Shown one piece after another: positions 24,281 through 37,333 of a stretch of 64,000 nucleotides of DNA. The DNA comes from Callorhinchus milii (Eukaryota): contig NW_024704743.1 of the NCBI RefSeq assembly GCF_018977255.1, positions 46,440,001 through 46,504,000 on the forward strand, read 5' to 3'. Below the pieces are notes generated by a model that was given only the letters and a program-made list of their open reading frames with translations, was not told the DNA's origin and ran no database searches. Numbering within the stretch: position 1 is the stretch's first letter; each line of letters starts with the position of its first letter. A program made the position numbers and the translations under genes.

Positions 24281-25079
24281 TCAAGTTTTGATAAAATTAT
24301 CTTTAAGAATGAAAGGCAGCACACACTGACAGATAATGTGTTCATTTCACTGCCTGTTGGCTTGAAATGACTGGTTCCCTTTTGAGTAATAAAGTGAAAT
24401 AAAATGATAGAGGGAAAAATTATTTTAATTAATTTTTCTATCTTCAGGTAGACATTCTCTGATCATTTATTTGGCATTTTATTGACAGGAACAGTGATCT
24501 GGAAAAATGTAAAGCAATTTTACTTATAATGCGGATGGAATGTAGATTATGTGGGTCAATGAAATAGGATATCACTCGTTGGGGAAGGTAAAACGTTTGA
24601 AGGAGTGGCATCTATTCTGGAGAGCTTTGTGATACACACTTAATGGGAATTTGTGACTCTGAAGGTAAATCAATAGTGACCTGCAATAGGAAACCTCTGA
24701 AGCACTGAAATAAACTGAGCTATTTTAAAGCAGCCCATGTATATGGTTTTATTTAGGGCTGGTGCACATGATGTACTTTTTCATTTGCCAATTGGCCTTG
24801 CTTCTAATACCAGTTATCATATTTCTGAGGTTAATCACTGAGGAGGGGTGAAATTCCTTGATTCAATTTAGATCATGCCGATGCAGTAAACCCTGTGCTG
24901 CAGCACTCACCCATTGATGTGCATATATTCTAGGCATGTCCTGATAATAAGCTATAGCGTTTTTTGTTTAGAATTTAAGGAATATCTGGATGCCCTTGTA
25001 CTTTGCTCTACTCCCTGGTATCTCCCTCATTACTGGCCTCTTTTGTGTAGACTATTGGCCATTCGCCTCAGTTACTTGT

Positions 25080-25500
25080 GTTCTGAATGCAAAATGGCTG
25101 ACACGCTTATCTGTAAAGCAAGTCACTGTTGTTTATATTGATTGCTTTTCTATTGTGATGATGGTGCCACAAAAATCTAAGTGGTTTCTTGCTTTCTTCT
25201 CCAATACAGACTCCCTTGGACCAGTTCTCCAGACTATCTTTTCAGCACTCCCACCTTGCACTGATGAGAACTCTACTCATGTCCCTTCCCCAAAATGCCT
25301 CTAAGATGAGTTTGATAGCTCATTGTTTCCTTAGACAAGACTTTGCTCACCTTTCCCCATGGTTTTCTAAAATCAGAGCTCAACTTTGATGTTTTCCACA
25401 CATTAGGACATTTCTTACCTCATGGATCTGTGGATCCCGACTTCCAACTAGCTCGCTTTGGGCAAGGCATCTTTGCGTACTTTCCATCTCACGCTGTATC
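25080..25500 (+). mobile_element. Possible degraded Tx1/L1-type LINE 3' fragment
   Basis: Faint similarity only (FSKIRAQL...TFLTSW). Confidence 0.2.
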
Positions 25501-26659
25501 TTTTGGCACTTGTGGACTGATCTCTCATTCCAGCTTATAGTGCAATAACTTACCTGAACTAGAATGTTTAACAACTTCAATCTTCATTCTTCATGCTTGC
25601 CTCCACCCTGCCCCCCACCTCCCACACACACACACAAACAATCTAGTTCTTGGTCAACTTCCTTCACTTCTTTGGATCAGATTTCCCGCCCAACAGCTTT
25701 ATTTAACCAGGTTCCTCTTGTTTCACCTCTTTCCTCAGATAGTTTTCCCTGAAGCCAAACCAAATAGCTAGATGAAACAAGTTAATTGAAATAATTGCCA
25801 AGAAACTAGGGCTGTAACAAACCCGTGTTTGGGGCTTTGAGGCTTCAACTGTGCATGATACTGAAACCTTGATGCATTTAATTTTATGTTGTGGTCTGCA
25901 GCAAAGAGGTTACATTAGCTGTGGAAACAAGTATTCATGTGTTCATGCAAGGCAAGATTCAGGACTGAAAAAAAGGTGATCTGAGCTGAGATTTCAAACC
26001 AGTTTTTGCAAGTTTGGAGTCTTGATAGAATGCTGTATCTGAGTTTAGCCTTTCACTAACAACAGTTCAGAGACTCAAGAAAAATATATTTTATTAAAAA
26101 AATCATACTTGGTGCCCACCAGACACAAAACCACAATACCTCAGATGTGATAATTTATTGGGACAAATTCCAAACAGGTCTAGATTTACTCCCATTTATT
26201 GGCAAATTCATAAATGCAGTTTCAATTTTAAAGCTGGGATTCTGTGAGTTTCTTTCAAGAACCACAGAAAACCAACTTCAAAGTTACAACTGAATTCAAC
26301 AATTTACCAGTTCTGGAGGCTGTAAAATGCTATATAAATAGAGTATGTCTAGACCCAGGTGGAATTTCTGCCCATTAGACGTTTCCCTATTTAGAGGATC
26401 AGATTAAAGGAAGAGAGAATTCTTCTGTATTTAGGTTAAGGGACAAGCTAATTTGCTAGTCAGCTTGTATTTTATACCATAGTCTGTGTTTGATGGAAAA
26501 TAGAAAATGTAACAGTACAGCTCAATCATTTTGAGCCTAGTTTGGAAGCAAAAAGGCACCTTTTTTTTCATTTTGTGTGAATCGATGAATTCATGGACTT
26601 TCAGTTTTACTGTTTTGAGACACAATGAATAAGACTCTAAATGGTACCATTGGTATTAA

Positions 26660-27135
26660 ACAAAAACAGAAGTCACTGGGAACACTCAGCAGGTCAGGCA
26701 GTATCTATGGAAAAAGGAAAGTGAGTCAATGTTTCGGGTCCACGACCCATTGTCGGAAATGGAGCATGTTGGGAGGGAGAGGCTTTAAAGGGCTAACAGA
26801 GAAGGGGGAGGCAGGACAAGGAAGACAACAGGGAAAATGGGGTAGAGGATAGGGGATGATGGGTTAAAGAGGTGTTAATGATGCAAAACAAAAGGGGGAG
26901 GATTGCAACAAAACAGGGGAATAGAGGTATTAATAATGCAAAACAAAGTGGGTGTGTGTGGGCGGGGGGGGGGGGGTGGGGGGGGGGAGAAATTGCAATA
27001 CAATAGGCAGACCAGAGAGAGTAAAGGTGTGTCTGGGACCCAGATGATGTGGGAATGGTCACAGAGGAGGGGGAGGGGGAAGGTGATCTGTTATGGTCTA
27101 AAATTGATGAAATCAATATTGAGGCCAGATACCTC
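26660..27135 (-). mobile_element. Penelope-like element 3' fragment
   Basis: Minus strand shows SGLNIDFINFRP* (GIY-YIG ORF end), a pyrimidine-rich UTR and the same terminus as 8085-8216, with a mutated hammerhead core (CCGACAA..gggtc..gaccc GAAAC). Confidence 0.75.
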
Positions 27136-28477
27136 AACTTAATTCACTGCCACTTCTCTTCTAGAAATGCCTACCTTGAAGACGTTCTGCTCTTCTCTTC
27201 AATGTGACAGTCCCCGTCCCTTTGTTATTACATAGTTATGCATGATGACACATTAGGTACGATCCCACACAAACCTTTCATGATTGTTGTATCCCATATT
27301 GTACCAATTAGAGCTCTTTGAATAAGGCATGCATTTATTTCTTGGAATTTACTGTGTGTCAAAAGTTCCAGTACATTAAATATTGCAAAACGCTTAAGGG
27401 GATTCATTGGGAATCTCATTCTACTCATTTTCCAGTACCTATTGCGATTAGCGTGTCACTTACTCCTGATATCCCCACTGCTAGAACGAGAGTACTAACA
27501 ATATCTCAGTATTCTCGGAGTTACAGTCACTACATCAAATGCACTAATTATTGTTATTGATGAAGCCCACACATTGTTATAGAATAAACTGAACACCTGC
27601 TGGCAATTTTCTTAATGCGAAAAAGTCATTACAACTCACTTCAGACTGTTGGCACATCTAGATAATTTGGTCAACTTTATCTGTACAGATCCTTTTGTTT
27701 AGCTTCCCAGTGGGTAATCACTCGAGCCCAATCATGACTGAAATCTGATGTGCATAAACGAATCACATCTGAAAAGCAGAGTATTGTTCTTGCTAGTCAG
27801 CGGGACATGGCACAGTTGGACAAGTGTTGTAAAACTATTGGTGGCACGAACAACCCAGATTAGAGTTAAGCCAGGAGAGAAGATATTAGTTAGAATGTCA
27901 CTTATTAAGATGGATCTGGTGTTGTGAAGAGTCACATTGACAAGATTTCAACCTCGATGTACCACAAACCTATCAAAACCACATTACTGGTATTTTGTTC
28001 AGCAATTGTGATCACAGCATCTGAAAATGAAGCTTTCAGAGTTGAATTAAGATGGTACATTCGAACCAGTATTAAAATACTGAGTGACTGGATCAGAAGC
28101 ACTGCATGCTGGCTGAATAGCTACAGCAACTGGTTTTGAGCGAAAAACCACTTTAACTAAGTCAGGGCCTGTGGCAGTTATTGACTGAGACATCTCCAGG
28201 GGCGGATGTCCATAATGTGGTAATTATCACATCACATGCCGAATTCTTCACCTCGTCTTTTAGCCTTAGATGTTCCTAACTTTATGGTAGAATATAATTG
28301 TGCTCTTGAATCTGCTCAAGACGAATAAAGGATCCATGTTTGACCAGTCAGCACAGTCACTTTGACAGTGAATTTGCCATTACAATTTACACATCGGGAG
28401 GACGTTACAAAGTGCTTTACATAGCTGGCTGAGCAAGATAGCCGGGGGAGGAGGGAGATGGGGAATATGATAATAAT

Positions 28478-29085
28478 GAATAATAATAATAATCTTTATA
28501 TTTGATATAGCGCCTTTCAGGTCTTGAGGAAGTCTCAAAGCTCTTCACAGTATATACTGTATAATAATAATAATAATAATTCTTGCATTTGATATAGCGC
28601 TTTTCACGTCGGGAGGACGTCCCAAAGCGCTTCACAGAGTACACTGTAAAGTGAATTGACTGTATATTTGTGGGCAAACGCGGCAGCCAATTGCGCACAG
28701 CAATGTCCCACAAACAGTCGTAGATTGAAAATGACCAATTTATTATTGTTTTTAGTTTTGGAGGGATTATTATTAGGCGTGTGGAGTAAGGAAACTTGCC
28801 CAAGGTTTCACCCTCCTGGAATTGAACTCAGGTCTCTCACTTGCAAAGCGAGTGCTCTAACCACTGAGCCACAGGACTCCACATGCAGTGACTGTGTTTT
28901 TTGGACAACCACAGCAGCCAATTTGCATACAATAGTGTCCCACAAACTGCCATGAGTGAATGGGCAATTTTATTTGGGGTATTGTTGGCCAGGAGACTGG
29001 GGAGACTCCCTTCTCTTTTTGAATAGTGCCACGGGATCTTTAACATCCACTTGAACAGTCAGACAGGACATCTCATCCGAAGGTT
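28478..29085 (-). mobile_element. Older Deu SINE (28478-28560 and 28881-29085) split by a younger SINE
   Basis: The tail stops at ...tatactgt and resumes at ..gcagtgactgtg with the Deu core. Confidence 0.8.
28561..28880 (-). mobile_element. Young full-length tRNA/Deu SINE (SINE2-1_CM-like)
   Basis: Near-identical inverted copy of 57628-57957, with a GGAGTCCTGT 5' end and (TTA)n tail. Confidence 0.95.
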
Positions 29086-29304
29086 GAAGCCGAAAGTGTG
29101 GTAATTCTGATAATGCAGTCAAAAAAATCTACTGTGGTTTTTTTAATAAGGTGAGATGATAAACAGGTGAACATATATATTATTCCTTTGCAAGTTTTCC
29201 CTTAATAATTAAGCTCCTAAATGATGAGTGAAACTTATGCGTTTTCCATTTTAATTAAATTGGCCTAAAGGCTTGAGCAAAGGATTTTTCATTATCTATT
29301 AGGT

Positions 29305-29433
29305 GTGCGAAATTGACTGCCGCATTTCACCAACAAAAATACAGTCAATCCACTTTACAATATATTCTGTGAAGCACTTTGAGACGTCTCAACGACATGA
29401 TAAGGTGCTATATCAAATGCAAGGATTATTATT
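29305..29433 (+). mobile_element. SINE 3' part
   Basis: aattgactgccgcattt...gcactttgagacgtc...gctatatcaaatgcaaggattatt. Confidence 0.85.
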
Positions 29434-29689
29434 CTTGCCCATTCGTATTCCCAATTTGAAGAGGCATTAGATTCATAGCATTTGAATCATGGATTAATAC
29501 TGTGGTATTTTAGGTATACAGCCATTTTAGGAGTGGTTGCAGTGTTTTATTTATACCTGTTACTATCTGAAAAATCTTTCAGAATTTTCTTCATATTAAG
29601 CATTTCACAAATGCTGGCGTTTGTTTCTCCCAGAATCTTGGCCTGCAATCCTTCAGATGAAAGTGGTCACTCACGTCATGACTTTTTTG

Positions 29690-29822
29690 TAGCCTATTGC
29701 TGTATGCAAAATTGGCTGTGGAATACACGGTCACTACACTTTACAATAAAACCCCTGTGATACACTTCAAGGTGTTCCACGAAGTGACAAGGACCTATAT
29801 CCTTTGCCTGGATGATTATTAG
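29690..29822 (+). mobile_element. Degraded SINE 3' part
   Basis: ttgctgtatgcaaaattggctg...gtcactacactttacaa. Confidence 0.6.
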
Positions 29823-31427
29823 AAATTAAGCCTCCCTAATAACTTTGTGATAGTGCTTGTAAATAATAGCATTAAATAGGTTGTAATATATGGTAGATTG
29901 GTACTTTATGATACTTTCATTGAACTTCTTTCTATATTGGAATGCATTACATCAACAGAAGTGCATAGAGTGAAGTCAATGAAGATATCTGATGGTTTTT
30001 TTAACAATCATAATTATTAGAATGTTGGATTTTTAGATGTCAATTCTAGGTAAATATAATTGCAGTAAAATATTATTTGACACTTATTCCTGTGAAATAT
30101 TGTCTGATGGTATAGCCTTGATGTTGGAGCTAAAAGCATTCCTGCCAGGTACTCAACAGAGCATGACATTTACCAAAGGGATATTTAAATGCATCAAGCT
30201 ATCACTGCTAGACATTTTGTTAAATTACTTCAAACATAACTAAAACACACCGTTTCCCTCACTAAAAACAGACCTTGAACCATGCTGGTTTGCTGCATTG
30301 TGGATTCCGTAATAATTGTGATCGTCCTTGAAGTGGCTTACAAAGTTATCAGATAAATGTATTTTCTTTTGAAAATCTTGTTATTGTTTCTGTTAACAGA
30401 TTTCACTTGCCAGCATTTTCAATCCAAAATGGAATCTTTTTTGACTCTGCCTGTTACAATTCATACTCACATTTATATTGTTTTTGTAGTGAGACACGGA
30501 TTTATTTTAAAAAATGTAGTTTGATTTACGCTATTCCTTAACACCATTCCTTAAAAAGAAATCCCATTCGAATTCCTGTCGACATCCAGTAAGTAACTAG
30601 CTCACTTCAGAACAGAGTTCCTGCAGGTTGGTGTGACTTGCTTCCAGTTCAAGTTCCTATTTGCGTGACTCGGATTCATTATAAAGGAATCCTATTACGA
30701 AACCTGAAAATTAGACCCTCATATTGCCATAAGGATATTAAATTCAGTTAAGTGGTCCATTACTCATTAATAAAAACCCAGTTGAAAGCTTACTGTAGTT
30801 ATGTTAGAGACAAGATGTGTCGTAGTCTGATGTGTGATATGATCAAGACCTTTACCTTTTTGGCTATGCCAGGTATAAGTTTCTGACTTAGGAATGATCC
30901 TGGTTGTATCTCATGGCTGGCTGTGAAACCACATCTGTTTAAGTGGTTGTAACATAATGCTTCATGAGCTGCTAGGATCATGAACCTGCCTTCTATGGGA
31001 GACTATTGGCCAGGGTTAGCTGGCAGGTAGTGTTGTGGAGCAAATTAAAAAAACTACTGGGAATAAGCGGCAGGTTGATCAGCACCTGAAGAAGAAAAAG
31101 ATATGTTATTGATTGGATTTGTAAATATGGGATGTTGGATGGCCAACCCTCTGCAACTTCGCTCGGACACTTTATTTCTCTGAGGGAACAGGAAGCACTG
31201 CAAACTTAGAGATTTAATAAAGTAAAGGAAGAAAGTAGGGAAAGACCTTTCACGCAAGGTACTTGTTTCCTGGCATCCACATAGCAGTAACATAATCGAA
31301 TCTTAGAGATAGCCACAAGCCAGTCCTTACTGACTGAAGAGTGTTGGTGAACGGGGATTCTTTAACCAAAGGGTGAAATAATATAGTTTTGTCAATATAC
31401 TTACTGTGGCTAATATAGTTATTATAA

Positions 31428-31495
31428 CAATAATAATACTTGCATTTGATACAGGACCTTGTCATGTCATTGAAATGTCTCAAAGAGCTTCATAG
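31428..31495 (-). mobile_element. SINE tail
   Basis: taataatacttgcatttgatac...tctcaaagagcttca. Confidence 0.7.
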
Positions 31496-32024
31496 GAGGC
31501 TGAATTTTGGGCTTTATCTTATTATCATACCACTCAAATTGTTTAGTTAATAAAAACGTTTCTTTCGTTTTTTTTAAAAAGTATGCACAATTTGGCTAAT
31601 CGTTGGACACATTTTATTTACACTACAGTGAACATGTTGTACCCTGGTTCTATACAATAATGTCACACTTAATTTCAAAATATTATTGAGATGAAAAGCA
31701 TTGACTTTACAATAGGATTTTTCTGTGACCTTATTCCCAAATGATGCTGAGTTTGTAGGACTCCTGGGAAATCCTTTTGATGTGGGTGGAGTACTATTTA
31801 CCTATGTGTTAAACCTGAATTAATGAATAATAAACAGATAAATCCAGTCTCCCATTGATTTATCCACTTGAGGATTGCAGTTGTGTTTAGTGCATCATCC
31901 TAACAATAAAGTATCTTCTCCATCTATTTTTATTTCTGGCAAGATTATTAATGAGCTAATCCTTTTCCCACCCATTGTTAATTGTATAAATACACCATAT
32001 GATGTGAACCACGTCGACCAGGAA

Positions 32025-32540
32025 AGGCTCACGTTGAACCCCTGGGGTCTGTTGTTAGCTGGTTTCAACCAGTGAGATACAATACCAGGGGCCTGCATTC
32101 ATTCCCCAGCTAGGGACGGAAGCCAGCAATTTCACTTCTGATTGATTTCCAGTTTGTTTGTGTATGTTTGTTTATGTCCATGCATGTGTTGTGTTTGAAT
32201 GTGTGTATACATGTCTGTGTGTGCATTAGTGTCCGTGTGTGTCATGAAGTGTGTGTATGTGTATATTTTATGTGTGTGTGACTATGTCCATTCTTGTTTT
32301 ATGTGTGTGTGTATGAGTGTGCATGTATCTGCCGATGTTGAGTAAGAAAAATGTTAAGCTTGGTTGTGACTGTCCCTACAGTCAAATAGCCTGTCAGCAT
32401 CCTATCCAGGCTGGCATATCGAAAACGGTCACTTGGGTGAGATTGTCTAGGTTTGCTACCCATGTGAACCATTCTGCAGTACAAGTCATAGCTTTCAGGA
32501 GAATAGAGGTTTGGGGAGAAAATTGGAGGAGAAAAAAAAC
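32025..32540 (+). mobile_element. Unclassified SINE-like repeat with an internal (TG)-rich expansion at 32155-32325
   Basis: cagtcaaatagcctg...ggtcacttgggtgag...ctttcaggagaatagagg..ggggagaaaattgg plus poly(A). Related copies at about 5.6 kb and 59.0 kb. Confidence 0.55.
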
Positions 32541-32904
32541 AATATTTGTTTTGATTTCATTTCCCTGCAACATAGAGTACTTGAGATTCCATTTTATGAA
32601 GTAATCTTTCATCCGGAAGGTGTTGAAAGAAAATCATTGGGCTGCAGAAATGTCATAAAAATTCTATAGTTGAAAGGATTCGTAGCAAAATTAGTCCATG
32701 CTGGGCTTCTTAGGACATTCGTAAGCAGGTCAGTACCACAGAATATTGATAATATTGTAGGTGTATGTTGATGCTGGATAAATACAGAATTAGGCTTGGC
32801 TGTTATTGTTCTGAAACCAGATTGCAAAGGATTATTCAGACTTAGTATAAAAAGCTGTCTTTCTCAGTTCCTCAGATAGTGTTGAGAGTCCTGACTAGAA
32901 TTTG

Positions 32905-33730
32905 AGGCAATTCACTTTGTCAGGAAAAATAAAGAAGCAATATATAGTCTAGATCAGAGATTGCCCACATGCGGTCCCTGGGCTGCATGCGACCCACAGG
33001 CCAGGCTGGCCATCCCTGGTCTAGATGGTAGGAACCTAAGAGGATTAGAGGAGCAGAAATTGCTCTATTCCTAGAGGAAATAGGGATTCAGATCCACAAA
33101 TCTCTAAAAGTAGCTACACATGTAGATAAGGCTATTAAAAAAAGGCTAGTGAGGTTTTGGACTTTATTATCCATAGGGATGGAATATAAAAGTGAGAAGG
33201 TGACGTTGAATTAATACAAATCCTTGATTAGACCACATTTGGAGTATTGTGTCCAATTCTAATCTCCACATTATAAGAAGGATATAGCACCGATGGAAAG
33301 ATATAGCGTAAGTTTACAAGGATGAATCCAGGTTACCGCTATCAGGACAGACAGAATAGTTTAGGCCTTTTTTTGCTTGAGTAGAGACGTTTACAAGGTT
33401 TAAAATTATAAAGTGCTTTGATAAGGTTAACATAAATAGGCTGTTTCCACTGTCGGGGAGTCGTAACCAGGGGACCACAGTATAGGATAGTGACGGGGGT
33501 ACTACTTCACCCAGAGGCTAGAGATTGTGGAACTTGCTGCTCAAAGCTGTGGAATCAAATAGAGTAGATGCATTCAAGAAGAAGTTAGACTTTCACATGA
33601 GAGAGAGGGGAATAGAAGGGTATGGGAAAGAGTAAGGAATGGATGGAGATTCTTGTGCAGTATGAACAATGGCACATACAGGTTGGGCCGATGGGCTTGT
33701 TTCCGTGATGTACAATCTTTGCAAATCTTT
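32905..33730 (+). mobile_element. CR1 LINE 3' fragment
   Basis: HFVRKNKEAIYSLDGRNL...YKSLIRPHLEYCVQF...; 3' UTR gggccgatgggcttgtttccgtgatgta. Confidence 0.92.
32955..33018. mobile_element. 64-bp hAT (Charlie-type) MITE with a perfect 8-bp TSD
   Basis: TSD GTCTAGAT at 32947-32954 and 33019-33026. Imperfect TIRs CAGAGATTGCC / GGCCATCCCTG. Removing it restores the CR1 frame. Confidence 0.85.
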
Positions 33731-33764
33731 GTCTTTGTGTACCCAATGGATTTGCACACTTATC

Positions 33765-33857
33765 CCCCCCAGCTCAGTGTCGTGCTCCGCCACTGTCAAG
33801 CTCTTTGGGAGGCTACCTTGGGTGAGGAGTGCAATGTAAATGCAAGTTGTTGTTGTT
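33765..33857 (+). mobile_element. L2 3' tail fragment
   Basis: agctcagtgtcgtgctccgccactgtcaag...aaatgcaagttgttgttgtt. Confidence 0.85.
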
Positions 33858-34509
33858 CTTATTCTACTACATCCGAACGACTGCTGGAAATGTCAATCTC
33901 TTTTGCCAGGACTCTGAATCATTTGAAACTTCCTCCTGAAGTGAAAGGTGCTTTGTTAGTCTAAATTGTGTTGTGTGAATTGGCCAGTCCCCAGCCAGTG
34001 CACTTCTGTCACCAACTATCTGCTGCTTCCTCCAGCCTGCACATAGCTGGCTCACATCTTCATTTAGTAAATTTTTCCCTACATACTCTTGTCAGTGTGC
34101 AGGAGTCAACTAGCTGTCGAAATCAAACACAAAAGTAACGATAAAGAAATATACTGGACACGCATCAGTACTGATGTACATACATGCAAGAGCAGAAAAT
34201 GTGTTGTATTAGCAGCAATGAATTAGAGAACAACTCACAGCTAAAGTGATTGTTGTTCAGGAATTGAATCATGGTTTACAAACATCAATGTGCCTGAGAA
34301 TATGAGGTTAGCTCCCTCATACAGCACTGCAAACACCCTCAGAATACAGATGTCATGTGGCTGTCAGAACTGAAGCAAAAATATAGAATGACTGATTTTT
34401 TTGTCACTTTAGCCTGATCCTGGAGCGAGGAACAGGTTTTCTCTCACTGTGCACTGCTGTCATATGCGATGTACATTATTGATGTTGATAATGTAACTGT
34501 TTTTCACAG

Positions 34510-34601
34510 GCTATGGATTCGTAGACTTTGACAGTCCAGCAGCTGCACAGAAGGCAGTGGCATCTCTCAAAGCCAGTGGAGTACAGGCTCAAATGGCAAA
34601 G
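34510..34601 (+). CDS. RBMS3: Internal coding exon (92 nt) of an RBMS-family RNA-binding protein, RRM1 RNP1 region; most likely RBMS3
   Basis: Acceptor ttttcacag| at 34509 and donor AAG|gtgag at 34602. Translation (G)[30 protein letters not shown] matches the RBMS1/2/3 RRM1 exon. AVASLK matches RBMS3 (RBMS1 has AVSALK, RBMS2 AVTALK), and very long flanking introns fit RBMS3. Family call is near certain; paralog call less so. Confidence 0.9.
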
Positions 34602-34769
34602 GTGAGCACTCATTGACAAGTGGGCAATTCGTTGTGTGATTAGCAGTATTTCCCCACCAGGATTGTAAATGCCTGTGGATGCAATAAGTTGTTAAATAAT
34701 TCTCATAGTGCAATGCTATCATTGTCTGGTTTATAATGAAACTTGTGCATTCATAGTTGCGAATATATA

Positions 34770-35000
34770 TGCACATGTTGTTGAAACAGACACAGATATA
34801 CACACAGAGAGGCAAATTGCACTCTTATGGAGAGTCGCACACATACAAAGATGTACCTAAATTTAGATACAGGCAAGCAAACACCTATAAATGAGCGTAC
34901 AAACAATCACAGAGATACACATACAAATGTAGTACTAAAACACAGATATATGCCCACATTCATATGTGCACGCACATACACGCACACATGCACACACAGT
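34770..35000. repeat. Degenerate (CA)-rich low-complexity tract
   Basis: Repeated acac/atac units. Confidence 0.6.
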
Positions 35001-35483
35001 CTTGCTTTCAGGTTTGCTAACAACAAATGGAATGTTCAATATTGTTTATAAAGATGATAGTTTGCGAATGATGCACCTCAGAATATCGATGGAGACTCAT
35101 GTTTTTAAAGGAGCACGTTCATTGAGTGAAACTATTAGAAGAACCTATATTCCTAATAGTGATCAGCAAGTGGCAAAATGCTGGCATTTTCCTCACAGTT
35201 GGGTGGAATTTGCAAGATTCTCAAAAGAATTTGTGAGTAACAAATCATGAAGCTTCCCAGATGAATGGCAAGTTGATACTCTGGAGCTTTGCTCAGACAC
35301 TGAACCCCCCCCCCCCCCCCCCGAATGGATGGCTCCCTTGCGTTTACTTTTTCAATTGATTTTGGGACAAACCATTGTGCTGAAGGTGGGAAGGGGGCAA
35401 GTGTTCATTCTCAAACTTGTTGATAGTTGAAACAGATTCAAATCCTATGTTTTGGGTGATACAGTGTTTGCATTCTTCATCCA

Positions 35484-35578
35484 AACAACAGAAAATGGGG
35501 GAAACGCACAGCAAAGTGATCAGAATCTGAAAGAAACAGTACGGTTAACATCTCACATTTGACCATCCATCCGAATTT
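35484..35578 (-). mobile_element. Highly degraded Penelope-like terminus
   Basis: acagaaaatgggggaaacgcacagca...ggttaacatctca resembles the 8085 and 26660 termini. Confidence 0.4.
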
Positions 35579-36454
35579 CTGCAGTTTAGTTATTTCATTT
35601 CTGATGAAATGCCTGGGGAAGACTTTGCTGGGCATCCTGTTGTGTGGCATATCTGAGTTAACTGCTGCTCTTGACAGAAGAACCTTCCCTCATCTGTTAT
35701 CAACAGCAGCAACAAATTGGGGATGTGCTGCCTAGCCTGAGGCCTGTGGAAACACATAACTCCTGCCCATAATGAAGACATGTTTGAGAGAACTGTTTTA
35801 ATTGTATGAGAATGAGACAGTCGGGGTCTTTAAGTATAAACTCACTTCTTTCAACTTCACATTTTGCCAGAGTAAATGCAGTCTGCAGCTATCAAGCAAG
35901 TTCTCAGACACTGTGATCTCCCCAACTACATGATCCTTTCCTTCTGGGGATTTTGCCTTTGTTTGATGTCTATGATAGCTTTACTTGTTTGAAAGATCTG
36001 GTTGACTTATTTTACTGTATTGTAGTTTCCATGACATGTTGTGAGGTGGCCACGGCCTTGAGGAGCAGTTATCTCAGTTAGCCACAGTTGCTAAAAGGAC
36101 TGGCTTCCATATTGAGACTGAATTTAAGAATTTGTCATAATTCTATGTAATTTGGCATTTTAAGACAAAATTATATTACATGAAATTTCAGTCCATTAAA
36201 CCTCTAGTTTGCATTATAAAATTGTCAAGTATGGTGGCTAATATGATGACAGGGTGATGTAGTCAGATGTTTGTGGGTTCAATTCACAATGAAAACTTGG
36301 AACTCATATAGTCTAGGCTGATACTCCAATAAAATTGGTGACTATGATTGTACATGTGAAATTGCTATGTGCCCTGCTTCATCCACAATATACAGTCACT
36401 GCACTTTACAGCATACAGGATATTATATATATAGATTCAAACCCATACGCTTGT

Positions 36455-37333
36455 CAGGTGCTTATTGCTTGCTTATCAGACATTAAGGCCTGGATGAACA
36501 TAAATTTTCTGCAGTTGAATGTTGACTTGACTGAAGCCAGAGTGCTTGACTCCCATCGACGACTTTTCTCCTGTAGCCACGATCTCTTCAACCTCCCTGG
36601 CCTATCCCTCTGATTCACTGAATCTGTGCATAACCTAGGCATCAGGTTCAACCCCCAGCTATCCTTCCTTCCCCACATTCAGTCCCTGACCAGGTCCACC
36701 TTCCTCTACCACTGTCACATTGACTGCCTCTCCTGTACCTCACCCCCAATTCAGCCAAAACTCTTATTCACGCATTTATGACCTTCTGCTTTGACTTTTC
36801 CAATGCTCTCCTCACCGGTCTCCCCAGTTCCACTATCCACAAACTACAATTAATTCAAAGCTCCACTGCCCGTATTCTCCCTTGTATGAAACTCCATACC
36901 CCATCAACTCAGTCTTTGCCACACTCCACTGGTTCCCTATCACAGAACTGATAGACTTCAAGATTCTCTCACTTGTTTTAAAATCTCTTCATATGCTGGC
37001 ATCTCCCTACCTCTCCAACCTGCTTATTCCCCATTCCCATCATCCCGCCGCCTCCTATCGGCTGGCTCCAGTCTCCTGCATGTCCCTCATCCTCTCCATT
37101 TCACCATTGGAGGGCGAGTTATGCCCCAAAACTATGGAACTCTCTACCTCAGTCCCTCTGCCTTGCCTCCTCCTTCTCCATCTTCAGATTACACCTGAAG
37201 ACCTTCCTCTTCAACAGTGCCTATGGTCAGCTTCCCCCACCCCCCAGCTCGGCGTCAAGCTCTGCTACTGTTAAGCACTCTGAGACTCTACCCTGCTTGA
37301 TGGGCCTTGTATGAATGCAAGTTATTGTTATTG
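36455..37333 (+). mobile_element. 5'-truncated L2 LINE
   Basis: ACLSDIKAWMNINFLQLNVD and LHWFPITELIDFKIL; tail present. Confidence 0.92.

Noticed and set aside
26960..26990. Poly-G or G-quadruplex (also poly-C at 35306-35322)
   Set aside because: Simple homopolymers, one inside a Penelope UTR; the length is assembly-sensitive.
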